Shown: positions 46,856-56,575 of the stretch, one piece after another
Layout: every line of letters starts with the position of its first letter
Numbering within the stretch: position 1 is the first letter of the stretch
Origin: Oscillospiraceae bacterium
GTDB taxonomy: Bacteria; Bacillota; Clostridia; Oscillospirales; Oscillospiraceae
NCBI GenBank assembly: GCA_050944055.1
Contig: JBMNQI010000001.1
Location: 14,328-78,327 of the forward strand
Reading direction: 5' to 3'
Length of the DNA stretch: 64,000 bases
The notes under the pieces: generated by a model
Database searches by the model: none
Seen by the model: the letters and a program-made list of their open reading frames with translations, nothing else
What the model was told of the DNA's origin: nothing
Made by a program: the position numbers and the translations under genes

Positions 46856-49165
46856 ATGACGGAAGCCACATACAAAAGAATACAGGCTCTGCGCGATTCG
46901 ATGCTCGGGGAGAGGGAGATAAGCCTTTGCCGGCCCAGGCTTATAATGGAGTCCTATAGCGAAACCGAGGGCGAACCCGTACCGATCCGCAGGGCGAAGG
47001 CCCTGAGGAAAATTCTCAACGGCCTGCCGCTGTATATCGGACGGGACGAGCTGCTCGTCGGGCGCCTGACGGATAAAACACGCGGCTGCGTTCTAACTCC
47101 GGAGCTGAGCGAGGGCAAGTTTTCGGAAGCGACCGCCGCGCTTTCGGGGACGATGCTGCCGATACCGGAGGAGGCAAAAAAAGAGCTGCGCGAGATAGAC
47201 AAGTATTGGAGCGTGCACCCGATGAGCGGCGGAGTGAAGACCGTACTGCCGGAGGAATACGCGGCGCTGCCCGGGATAGTAGCGGGATTCGGCCCCGGAA
47301 CCGGCCACCACAGCATAGGATATGAAAAAATCCTCGGAAAAGGCGCGGCTGGACTAATCAGCGAAATAGACGCGGAGCTGTCCAAAACCGGAAATTCAGA
47401 GGAAAAAATCATAAGCCTTCAAGCTTCGAAGATTGCGCTCACCGCGCTTATAGAGCTTGCCGGACGCTATGCTAAGTACGCCGGGGAGCTGGCCGAAAAA
47501 GAGAGCGACGCTCGCCGCCGCGCGGAGCTTGAGGAGATAAAAGACATATGCTCGCGTGTCCCGGCGCACCCGGCCCGGTCTTTCCATGAGGCGATGCAGA
47601 GCATATGGTTCACCAATATGGCGCTGCTGAACGAAGAGTGGTCTGTCGGTATAGGCTTCATGCGTTTTGACCAGTATATGCTGCCTTTCTACAGGGCCGA
47701 CGTTGAAAAGGGGAAAATCGACCGGGATAAGGCCACGCTGCTTATCGCCATGCTGCTTGTCAAGACCAACGAAGAGATACCGATAATGTTCAATAACTCC
47801 ATGTCTATTAATCTCACGATAGGCGGCTGCACTCCCGCGGGCGAGTGCGCCGTGAACGAACTGAGCTATATGGTGCTTGACGCGGAGGACGCCGTTCGCC
47901 TTAACGATGAGGATATAATCGTGAGGGTCGGGCCCGAAACCCCGGAGGATTTCCTTGTCCGGGCCGCAAAAAGCGCGTATCTTCTTCACGGCAAGCTGAA
48001 ATTTGTCGGCGACCCCCTGATTATCCGCCAGTTGACGGCCGACGGCAAGCCACTTGAAATTGCGCGCAACTACTGCATAACCGGCTGCAATTCGCCTACC
48101 ATACCCGGCTGCTCGCACGATATGCCGGGCACGCTTATTAACCTTCCGTTGCTGCTGGACCTTGCGCTGCATGACGGCTATTCGCCCATGCTCGGAAAGC
48201 AGCTCGGGCCGCATACCGGAGAAGCCCGCAGATTTACGAAGTACGGCGAAGTCTGGGAGGCCTTTACAGCCCAGTGCAGGCATTTTATACCGATAATCCG
48301 CGCGGGCGACAACGCCCTGCGGGTAGTGGAGTACGAGACGCGGCCGCGCCCGCTTCACTCGGTTCTCCTCGACGGTTATATTGAACACGGCGTCGACGTG
48401 ATGAGGGGCGGCACAAAGCCTTACTTGGTTTTCGCCATGTCGCTTTCCGGCGCCCCAAACGTGGGCGATTCGCTGGCGGTTATCAAGAAGCTTGTATTTG
48501 AAGAAAAGTCGGTTACGATGAAGGAGCTTATCGACTCGCTTGACAGGGATTTTCACGGCGACGACGAGCTTCTGCATAAGATAAGAGGCGTCGCGAAATT
48601 CGGCAACAACGAGCCGTATGTCGACGGTATTGTCAACGATGTGCTGTCTCTCGGAAGCGACATAATTGCTTCGTGCCCGTGCTACCTTGACGCAAAGCCG
48701 AACGCGGCCGCCGGTGTAGTGGCCTTCAACGTGGAGTTCGGGAAACATGTCGGCACCCTGCCGGACGGCAGAGGGGCGGGCATGCCCATATCCGAAGGCG
48801 GGCTTTCGCCTTATCAGGGCCGCAACATTTCAGGTGCGACCGCGACGCTTTTATCCGTAGCCGGCATCGACCACATGAAGCTGCGCCACGGTTCAGTTCT
48901 CAACCTGCGCCTGGACCCGAAGTCTCTTGAGGGAGAGGATAAGCTGCGGAAATTCTCCGCCCTGCTCAGGACGTACTTTGACCTCGGCGGCTACCTTATC
49001 CAGTTTAACATAGTGGATACGGAGACTCTGCGCGACGCGCAGAAGCATCCGGAGAGGCACAAGGACCTTATCGTCCGCGTCGCGACATACGCGGCCTATT
49101 TCGTGGAGCTTGAAAAAAGCCTCCAGGACGATATTATAAACCGCGCGCAGGTAGGAGAGATTTAG
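46856..49165 (+). CDS. glycyl-radical-enzyme (PFL2/dehydratase-like) homolog lacking the radical glycine
   Basis: Full-length PFL-like fold (769 aa). The C-terminal fingerprint reads DLIVRVATYAAYFVEL, with Thr744 (ACA, 49085-49087) where RVxGY has Gly. The Cys loop reads ITGCNSP (Cys411, 48086-48088) rather than GCVE. Confidence 0.8.
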   Translation: MTEATYKRIQALRDSMLGEREISLCRPRLIMESYSETEGEPVPIRRAKALRKILNGLPLYIGRDELLVGRLTDKTRGCVLTPELSEGKFSEATAALSGTMLPIPEEAKKELREIDKYWSVHPMSGGVKTVLPEEYAALPGIVAGFGPGTGHHSIGYEKILGKGAAGLISEIDAELSKTGNSEEKIISLQASKIALTALIELAGRYAKYAGELAEKESDARRRAELEEIKDICSRVPAHPARSFHEAMQSIWFTNMALLNEEWSVGIGFMRFDQYMLPFYRADVEKGKIDRDKATLLIAMLLVKTNEEIPIMFNNSMSINLTIGGCTPAGECAVNELSYMVLDAEDAVRLNDEDIIVRVGPETPEDFLVRAAKSAYLLHGKLKFVGDPLIIRQLTADGKPLEIARNYCITGCNSPTIPGCSHDMPGTLINLPLLLDLALHDGYSPMLGKQLGPHTGEARRFTKYGEVWEAFTAQCRHFIPIIRAGDNALRVVEYETRPRPLHSVLLDGYIEHGVDVMRGGTKPYLVFAMSLSGAPNVGDSLAVIKKLVFEEKSVTMKELIDSLDRDFHGDDELLHKIRGVAKFGNNEPYVDGIVNDVLSLGSDIIASCPCYLDAKPNAAAGVVAFNVEFGKHVGTLPDGRGAGMPISEGGLSPYQGRNISGATATLLSVAGIDHMKLRHGSVLNLRLDPKSLEGEDKLRKFSALLRTYFDLGGYLIQFNIVDTETLRDAQKHPERHKDLIVRVATYAAYFVELEKSLQDDIINRAQVGEI

Positions 49166-49192
49166 CCTAAGCCCCGGTATCAATAGAATATA

Positions 49193-49226
49193 CTGCGCTG
49201 GCTGTTTTTGGCCGGCGCAGTTTTTT
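49193..49226 (+). terminator. intrinsic terminator after the GRE homolog
   Basis: CTGCGCTGGC (49193-49202) pairs with GCCGGCGCAG (49211-49220), followed by TTTTTT. Confidence 0.7.
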
Positions 49227-49269
49227 GTATTCTTCGTCGCCCGGATTCGCCTTTATTTTCGGAGAAAAT

Positions 49270-50535
49270 ATGCCATTATTTTCCAAAAGGAGGCGTGTCC
49301 ATATGATAAGGACAGCGGCGACCGTCCTATGCTTCATGCTTTTCCTTGTAATTATCGGAACAGTTATCGACTCCCAGCTTGATGCCGCCGCAAAGTACGG
49401 GGACGCGGGGTTTTCCGCCAATGCCGCCGCAGCGTCCTATAACCCGTATTCGGAAGATTCAGACGCCATGTTCAGGAGGCTTTTAAACCTGGATGAGGAC
49501 GACGTGCTGCTTGTCGTGGCGGGCGAAAATGTTACCGTAGGCTATTTTTGTTATTGGATTATCTATATCATAGAAAACTATTATAACGGCAGCGTCGACT
49601 GGACAAAAGACGTGGGCGGCATTTCCATATCCGAATATTTAAAAGCCATGGCACGGGACGTGGCTGCAGCAAGGTGCAATATGGAGAGGACTGCCCGTGA
49701 GAAGGGAATTGTCCTGACGGAAGATGATATCAGATCGATTGACGCTCAGATAAGCCAATTCAAAAACTATTACGGCGCAAAAGCCTGGGAGGAGGGCGTG
49801 AAATCCGGAATTATAACCGAGGGCGATTACACGGAAGACCAGAAGAAAGCGTGGATCGAAAACTGCGGCTCAATCAAATTCAGCAATCTGCTCACCTCAA
49901 TGGCAGTATCAATGGACGGCTACATATCTCTGTGCAGAGGGGATCTCTACTCAAAATACCTTGTCGATTACCTTTTTGGAGAAGGCGGCGCTTTTAAACC
50001 GTCGGAAGAGGATTTAAAAAAGTTCATTGAGGATAATCAGATTTTCTGCGCCAAACAGATATTCATTTCTGCGCAAAAAGAGGACGGCAGCCCTATTAGC
50101 GCTGAGGAAAGCGCCAGGGCGCTCAGACGGGCTCAGGAAATCCGTGCGCAGCTCAGAGCGGGCGGGGACAAAGAGGAGGATTTTACGCGCTTGATGCACG
50201 AATGCAGCGAGGACCCGGGCCTGCCCGAATACCCGAACGGTTATACATACAGGAAAGGGAGCATGATTGGCGAATTCGAAAGCGCTGTCGAGCGCCTTGA
50301 GGTCGGCGCAGTCAGCGATATTGTCGAGTCCGACCTCGGGTACCATATAATAATGCGCCTGACGGCGGTTAATGAAGACACGAAGCTAAGCTATATACAT
50401 GGCAGTTACCAGAAGCTGCTGGACAGCTGGCTGTCCTCAGTCGGCGTTGAGGAAACCGAGGCTTTTATCTCGCTCGACATTCAGGATTTCTGCGAAAAGC
50501 TGGAAGAGCTGAGAAACGAATTGAATGCGGGATAA
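49270..50535 (+). CDS. membrane-anchored peptidyl-prolyl isomerase (PrsA/SurA-like, parvulin domain)
   Basis: TM anchor IRTAATVLCFMLFLVIIG and a C-terminal parvulin motif (FESAVERLEVGAVSDIVESDLGYHIIMRL). The start at 49270 lies after the terminator T-run and a GGAGA RBS. Confidence 0.8.
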   Translation: MPLFSKRRRVHMIRTAATVLCFMLFLVIIGTVIDSQLDAAAKYGDAGFSANAAAASYNPYSEDSDAMFRRLLNLDEDDVLLVVAGENVTVGYFCYWIIYIIENYYNGSVDWTKDVGGISISEYLKAMARDVAAARCNMERTAREKGIVLTEDDIRSIDAQISQFKNYYGAKAWEEGVKSGIITEGDYTEDQKKAWIENCGSIKFSNLLTSMAVSMDGYISLCRGDLYSKYLVDYLFGEGGAFKPSEEDLKKFIEDNQIFCAKQIFISAQKEDGSPISAEESARALRRAQEIRAQLRAGGDKEEDFTRLMHECSEDPGLPEYPNGYTYRKGSMIGEFESAVERLEVGAVSDIVESDLGYHIIMRLTAVNEDTKLSYIHGSYQKLLDSWLSSVGVEETEAFISLDIQDFCEKLEELRNELNAG

Positions 50536-50682
50536 AACAAAAGCGGGGCTTTTACTCTCCGCTCTTATTGTTTGTTTTTTTAATTATTCATTGCTACAAT
50601 TCGATAATTTTCGCATAGCTTGTCTCCTATAATAAATTTGTTCAAATAACACTAAAAAAATACAAAAGGGGGACACTAATTT

Positions 50683-53600
50683 ATGCGATTCAGAAAAAAG
50701 AAGATTCTTTGTTTTCTACTCTCGTTCGCCTTGCTGTTTTCCCTGCTTTCAAACAGCTTGGTAGCCCTCGCGGCACTCTACGATTACGACGAAACGCTGT
50801 TGCCTGTAAAATACAGCTTTGAGGGAAGACTTGTAATCGACCAGGTCAATTACGTGGACGCGTCGAAGACTGACAGCGAGCTGGCATCGACAATCACTGA
50901 AATAATTATTGAAAACGGGGCAGACATTGAGGTTGACAGCGAGAAATACAACGCGACTCTCACGGTGGACGGTGTCGAGTGCGATATTAAACCGGGAACA
51001 TATATCGGCAGCGATATCGTGATTACGCTCACCGGCAAGGCCGAAGTAATGAGCGGCTTCCCCAAGTTTGACAGGCCGCCCGGCTCGGAGCCGGAATTCA
51101 TCTACTACTACACAAGAGCGGCGGCTGTCGTAGCCGACGGCGCCCTGCAGGAGGGCTACTCGGTTCTTGAAGCGCTGATTGGCGGCGAGACTGACGGCCA
51201 ATCGTCTTCCGAAGTGACTATTAACTCACAGGGAAGCTTTTTCAACGGGTATTGGATTGACAACTCTACATACGAGATCAATAACCTGAACATGACGCTC
51301 AATGGCTACGGCGGGGACGACTTCCAGGGCTGGGGCGCCGGCATAGTCGCCACGAACGGAGCCGACGTCACGCTGAGCGATTCGTACATAGATACGACAG
51401 GGGTGATACGAACCGCAATCTGGGCCGGCGGCGAAGGCTCTAAGCTTACGGCGGAAAACGTTGTCGTGTACGCCCACCCCGACAAAAGCGCGACGCCTTA
51501 CTCGAACATGGACAACTTCGCGGCTCCCATGCTCGAGCGCGTTCCGTTCGTACTTGGCCTTGAGGGAAACATACGCGCGACAAACGTCCTCGGCAGCGCG
51601 GAGGCGGCCTACAATAACTCCCTGATCGTATCCGAGTGCTGGGGCGCGCTGTCTACAGACAGCGGCAGGCGCGGAACCAACGCGCTGACGGTTACCGACA
51701 CGCTCGCTGGGATAGGAACCATAGAGGTTGCGCAAAGCGGCGTCGAATACACGGCGACAAAGGAGATTAACGGCGTCACATACGGCTTCAACGTCTATAA
51801 AGTCGGCGAGGGAAGCGGCTATGTGACCTACTCAGACCAGGGCGTGATAGATACGTTTGACAATGTTGAATTCTATTCGCCCGACTACATAGGCATTTTG
51901 GCAGCCGGCCCCTCCACAATGATTTTCAACGACAGCTACGGTTTCTCAGACAGAATCGGATTCATGTCTCACCAGAGCGAAAACGGTGTGCTCACTATTA
52001 ACGGCGGAAGCTTCGACGTTGCCGACACATTCGTAATGGTCAAAAGCGGCACGCCGAATAAAGCCATCATAGACGTAAGCATAAACGGCGCGGATATAAA
52101 TATCTTCGGAGACAATCCTCAAAGCGGCGTCATATTGCAGCTTATGGAGACGGACGACGCGGGCGGCCCCGGCGTCACCTCATACATAATAGACGACAAG
52201 ACGCTCGACGAGATAAAGGAAATGACATCCGGCGGCGACATTGCCGCTGCAACGGCCAGTTTCACCGATGTGGAGCTGGAAGGCGATATATATAACTCCA
52301 TCTATACATTCGACCAGCCTCTTGACGTCACGCTTGAAAACTCCGCGATTACGGGCGTAATCTCCTCATCGGTAGCCACGCACGTGGATGAAAACGGGGA
52401 ACCGATGGACGGGCAAACCGTTACGGCGGGCGGCGACGACTATCTTGCCATAGGGCGCATTGTCAACGAGGCATGCGAGACGGTAAGAAACCCCGTTAAC
52501 CTGAAGCTTACGAACAGCACATGGAAGGTAACCGGAACTTCATATCTTGCCTCACTTGAGCTTGACGCCGATTCCGAGGTAGTGGGCGCAGGTTACGATA
52601 TGGTAATTATGACAGTCGACGGCGTGGAAACGCCCATCGAAGCGGGCGAAAAATATATAGGCGAAATAGTCATAACAACTTTAAGCGACTATGTCGTGGA
52701 CCACGAGGGCGGCTCTATTCATGAAACGGTACCGACATATACGGGCTACGCGACTTCGTTTAAAGGCCGAGGTGAGGAAGACTACAGCGTCGGCTACTAT
52801 ATTAGCGGCGGCAGCATAGTCGCGGATAAGTCGCTTATACCCGAAGCAGACGAGCAAGTTTCCAGGCTTGACATTGACCTCTTTGTTTACGGTGACGAAC
52901 CGTTCAACACCGTGCTCGCAAAAGGTGAGGGAACCGACATAACGCTCACAGGCAAAATTGAGGTTCGCGACGACGGCGACGGCTCGAAGGCCTCCGATTT
53001 CTCGGCCAGAGGCGCCGCGATAACAGCCACTGACTACGCGACGGTAAGAGTCGAAGACATGGAAATATATACGGAGGGCTTCGTCAGGGCCGCTTTGATA
53101 TCGGACGAAGAAGCGGACCTGTTCGTCAAAAACTCGAAGATTACGGCGATGGGCGCCAACCCTCTAACAGAGGCGTATCCTGGCTATAAAAACAGCGCCA
53201 TTATGCAGCTTATGATCTCGCCTCCGTGGGTTTTGGGCATTCAGGGCGGAGCGCGCACGGCCAATATGCTCGGCAAAAACTCCTCGCTCTCGGTAATAGG
53301 CTCCGATATATCGTCGGGCGGCTGGGGCGTGCTATCCACGGACTCCGGCAGTAATTTCAGAATGAACGTCGTTGATTCGACGCTGTCCATTCTGCCCGAA
53401 TCCGAAGGCGGGATGTCCGCCGGGCCCTTCATCTACGGTGACAAATACGGCTCCGGCTACGGCACCTACATCATAGGCAATGCCCAGGAATACTTCTACG
53501 GAGTAAACTTCGAGGGCATGACGTACGCTTCGATTCTGACGGGCGGCGACGCCTATTACCAGTCGTCCAGCGGAAATATTCTTCTTGAGGACCCGTACGG

Positions 53601-55236
53601 ACTTGACCTTGAAACGGTCGAAGGCAAAGGCAATGTCACTGCCATAAACACAGTTTTCGGCTTCATGGCGCATAACAACGGCTCAATAAACGTGCTTGAC
53701 GGTACGATTGTAAATACGGAAGAGGCCACGTTCCTCTATAAAGCCGGAAATGTTGACTTCGTAGCGGATGAAGCATTGCTCAAACCCGGCTCCGGCATCA
53801 TCCTGCAGATGATCGACAACGACGATAGTACGGTCGGCGCGTCGATGGGCGCGGGCGGGCCGGTATTCAACACGGTTTTCCATGAAGACGAGGGCTGGCC
53901 GTCCGAAAACGGCAACGTAACCGATCCTTCAAACGTGCCTCCCGGGCCTGGCGGCGGGAAAAACGAGGTTACGCTGACACTGACTAACGGCGATTACGAA
54001 GGCGACGTGTACAACGGCACCGGCTACTATAACCAGCCGGGCGACTCGCTCAGCGTCACTGTCGGCGAGAATGCAAAGCTGAAAGGCGTCATATCCCTGA
54101 CCGAAACGCGCCATATTGACGAGAACGGCGAGCAGAACACATACTTTACAATCAACGAGTATTATTACCTCGGCCATGTCGAGAACAAACTCTATAATAA
54201 CGGGAACAGCACGCTGTCCGTCACGCTGGAGGACGGTGCTGTCTGGACTGTAACAGGTACGAATTATCTGACAAAACTGTATGTCGAAAGCGGCAGCTCG
54301 ATAAATGCCCCGTCGGGCTACAGTGTGGCCATGACTGTTGACGGTGTCTCGACGAAGCTTGAGGCTGGAAAGACGTATGAGGGCAATATCGTGCTCTCAC
54401 TGGTCAAATCTTCTTTCGGCGGCTATACCGACGGAACGACCGTTCAGTCCTATAAAATCACGGCTGCCGCGGGAACGGGCGGCACGATTACGCCTTCAAG
54501 CGCTGTGGTGACAAGAGGCGGCAGCGCGACGTTTACAATCAAAGCGAACGAAGGCTATCGCATATCCGACGTCCTGGTGGACGGCGCGAGCGTCGGCGCG
54601 GTCGCGAGCTATACATTCAGCAACGTGACGGGCGCCCATACGATAGAAGCGAGGTTCAGTACGGAGGAAGAAGAGGAGCCCGTTTGGATTAATCCTTTCG
54701 TAGACGTTGATGAGGACGACTGGTTCTATGAAAGCGTTGCCTTCGTCGTGCAGAGAGGCCTGTTCAAAGGCATATCGGCTGATGAGTTTAACCCGAAAGG
54801 TGAAATGACAAGAGCGATGCTTGTAACCGTGCTGTACAGGCTTTCCGGGGAAATTGGCGGGGGAGAGAGCTCATTCGACGACGTGCCGAGCGGCGTTTGG
54901 TATTCCGACGCTGTCGCCTGGGCGGCGGACAGCGGCATAGTCAGCGGCGTCGGAAACAATAAATTCGACCCGAACGGCAGCATAACCAGGGAGCAGGCCG
55001 CGGTGATGCTTTACAATATGGCAGTATATCTGGGACTGGACGTCAGCGAATCCGGCAGCCTTGCGGGCTTCAGCGACAGTTTGGATCTCTCCGGCTGGGC
55101 GGAAGAAGCCATGAAATGGGCAGTCGGAGCGGGCCTGTTTGAAGGCAGCGACGGAAAGCTCAACCCGGGCGGGAACGCCACGCGCGCAGAGCTTGCAAAG
55201 CTGCTTATGTATTTCATTTCAGAAGTTATTGAATAA
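50683..55236 (+). CDS. large secreted cell-surface protein with tandemly duplicated core, InlB-B-repeat-like domain and three C-terminal SLH domains
   Basis: Signal peptide MRFRKKKILCFLLSFALLFSLLSNSLVALAA. The C-terminus carries three SLH repeats (FVDVDEDDWFYESVAFVV..., FDDVPSGVWYSDAVAWAA..., FSDSLDLSGWAEEAMKWAV...). Confidence 0.85.
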   Translation: MRFRKKKILCFLLSFALLFSLLSNSLVALAALYDYDETLLPVKYSFEGRLVIDQVNYVDASKTDSELASTITEIIIENGADIEVDSEKYNATLTVDGVECDIKPGTYIGSDIVITLTGKAEVMSGFPKFDRPPGSEPEFIYYYTRAAAVVADGALQEGYSVLEALIGGETDGQSSSEVTINSQGSFFNGYWIDNSTYEINNLNMTLNGYGGDDFQGWGAGIVATNGADVTLSDSYIDTTGVIRTAIWAGGEGSKLTAENVVVYAHPDKSATPYSNMDNFAAPMLERVPFVLGLEGNIRATNVLGSAEAAYNNSLIVSECWGALSTDSGRRGTNALTVTDTLAGIGTIEVAQSGVEYTATKEINGVTYGFNVYKVGEGSGYVTYSDQGVIDTFDNVEFYSPDYIGILAAGPSTMIFNDSYGFSDRIGFMSHQSENGVLTINGGSFDVADTFVMVKSGTPNKAIIDVSINGADINIFGDNPQSGVILQLMETDDAGGPGVTSYIIDDKTLDEIKEMTSGGDIAAATASFTDVELEGDIYNSIYTFDQPLDVTLENSAITGVISSSVATHVDENGEPMDGQTVTAGGDDYLAIGRIVNEACETVRNPVNLKLTNSTWKVTGTSYLASLELDADSEVVGAGYDMVIMTVDGVETPIEAGEKYIGEIVITTLSDYVVDHEGGSIHETVPTYTGYATSFKGRGEEDYSVGYYISGGSIVADKSLIPEADEQVSRLDIDLFVYGDEPFNTVLAKGEGTDITLTGKIEVRDDGDGSKASDFSARGAAITATDYATVRVEDMEIYTEGFVRAALISDEEADLFVKNSKITAMGANPLTEAYPGYKNSAIMQLMISPPWVLGIQGGARTANMLGKNSSLSVIGSDISSGGWGVLSTDSGSNFRMNVVDSTLSILPESEGGMSAGPFIYGDKYGSGYGTYIIGNAQEYFYGVNFEGMTYASILTGGDAYYQSSSGNILLEDPYGLDLETVEGKGNVTAINTVFGFMAHNNGSINVLDGTIVNTEEATFLYKAGNVDFVADEALLKPGSGIILQMIDNDDSTVGASMGAGGPVFNTVFHEDEGWPSENGNVTDPSNVPPGPGGGKNEVTLTLTNGDYEGDVYNGTGYYNQPGDSLSVTVGENAKLKGVISLTETRHIDENGEQNTYFTINEYYYLGHVENKLYNNGNSTLSVTLEDGAVWTVTGTNYLTKLYVESGSSINAPSGYSVAMTVDGVSTKLEAGKTYEGNIVLSLVKSSFGGYTDGTTVQSYKITAAAGTGGTITPSSAVVTRGGSATFTIKANEGYRISDVLVDGASVGAVASYTFSNVTGAHTIEARFSTEEEEEPVWINPFVDVDEDDWFYESVAFVVQRGLFKGISADEFNPKGEMTRAMLVTVLYRLSGEIGGGESSFDDVPSGVWYSDAVAWAADSGIVSGVGNNKFDPNGSITREQAAVMLYNMAVYLGLDVSESGSLAGFSDSLDLSGWAEEAMKWAVGAGLFEGSDGKLNPGGNATRAELAKLLMYFISEVIE

Positions 55237-55270
55237 GTATCTGCCCGAAAAGCTTCTGATTAAAAGCAGT

Positions 55271-55304
55271 AAAAATCGGCGCTCCGGTCGGAGCGCCGAT
55301 TTTT
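55271..55304. terminator. bidirectional intrinsic terminator between convergent genes
   Basis: ATCGGCGCTCC (55275-55285) pairs with GGAGCGCCGAT (55290-55300) as a perfect 11 bp stem around a GGTC loop. It is flanked by AAAAA and TTTT. Confidence 0.8.
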
Positions 55305-55313
55305 AGGCATATA

Positions 55314-56327
55314 TTAGTTCCACTTTCTGGGGGGGCCGAGGTGCAGCATCTTGCGGGCCTCTTCGACTGTGGCTCTCTTGCGGTCGAGCAGGTCGCAGAT
55401 CTTGACGATCTTCTCAACGAGCTGTGCGTTGGACTGGGCGAGCTGTCCCTTGGCATAGTATACGTTATCCTCCATACCGACGCGGACATGGCAGCCGTGG
55501 CAGAGGGCCTGGGCAAGTACCGGCCACTGCTGGGCGCCTGTTGCTATAATGCCGAGAATGGTGTTGCGCGGTGTGTTCTGGACAACAGTGTTTATAAAGT
55601 TCGGCGTGGGCCAGTTGGATCCGCCGGTAAACACGAAGTTAAGCCAGCTGGGGCCGCCGGTGTAATCCTGGAAGCCGCCCGGCTCACGCTGCAGGCGGGT
55701 GAGATACCACAGGTCTGCTATTGCGAAGCACTCAAATTCGGGCTTGATTTTGCGCTTTGCCATTTCCTTTAAGGCGGCAATCGCTTCGTTATGCGTCATC
55801 GTGTAAATAAGCTCGCGGAAAACGGCCTCGTCGCGGACGCCTTCACGCGGGGGGAGCTTAACGTAAGAGCAGTATGTGGAGGTGTCTATTGTGGCGACTT
55901 CGGGGTCGGCGTAAACGGAGGGCATGATCTGCTGGCTGCGCATCCTTGTATTGGCGTCGACAACGCAGCCGCAGCCTGCTGTATTGTTGATGATTATATC
56001 CGGGCACTTTTCACGGATTTTAATGTTGACCTCGCGGTACATCTCAGGGTCTTGTGACATGGCGTGGGGCGCGTTAGGATCACGGCGGTGAATATGTACC
56101 ATTACCGCGCCGGCCTTATAAGCCTCGTATGTGGACTGAACCTGTTCGTCAACGGTTTCGGGGAGGTTTGGATTGGCTTCCTTGCCCTGATTGGAGCCGG
56201 TTATGGCGCAGGCGATAATAGCAGGGGGAAAGGAATTAAGACCGGAACGATGAACCCGCTCGGTGTAATCCCAGCATGAACTAAAATTTTCTGTCGCGAC
56301 GTTGTCAAGCGTGAATTCTTTCGGCAT
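55314..56327 (-). CDS. beta-keto acid cleavage enzyme family protein (BKACE/DUF849, 3-keto-5-aminohexanoate cleavage-like)
   Basis: TIM-barrel BKACE features include PPAIIACAITGS, MVHIHRRD and HVRVGMEDN. The start at 56327 is preceded by GGAGGT. Confidence 0.75.
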   Translation of the reverse strand: MPKEFTLDNVATENFSSCWDYTERVHRSGLNSFPPAIIACAITGSNQGKEANPNLPETVDEQVQSTYEAYKAGAVMVHIHRRDPNAPHAMSQDPEMYREVNIKIREKCPDIIINNTAGCGCVVDANTRMRSQQIMPSVYADPEVATIDTSTYCSYVKLPPREGVRDEAVFRELIYTMTHNEAIAALKEMAKRKIKPEFECFAIADLWYLTRLQREPGGFQDYTGGPSWLNFVFTGGSNWPTPNFINTVVQNTPRNTILGIIATGAQQWPVLAQALCHGCHVRVGMEDNVYYAKGQLAQSNAQLVEKIVKICDLLDRKRATVEEARKMLHLGPPRKWN

Positions 56328-56575
56328 TAGCGTGTACCTCCAAATATAAATTACATCTGACTGCTTGGCCAGTTTGTCTGTATTAATTATAAACAGTTGT
56401 TGATGTAAAGTCAAGGAGCGCATTGTTATTACAGGTATAATGTGTTATTATTGTAAACGTGTCGGAGAGGAATAAATTATTATTATAACTTCTTTTATCG
56501 GACGCTTCTATGGGCCGGAGCAGAGAGCTGCTGAACCGGATTTTGGAAAAATGCGACAGGTTGCTGGAGGCTAAA

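Noticed and set aside
47396-48748. 450-aa minus-strand ORF antisense to the glycyl-radical-enzyme homolog
   Set aside because: It lies entirely inside a confidently homologous plus-strand CDS. Its Arg/His/Gly/Val-rich, low-complexity composition is typical of GC-rich shadow frames, and it has no RBS or recognisable domain.
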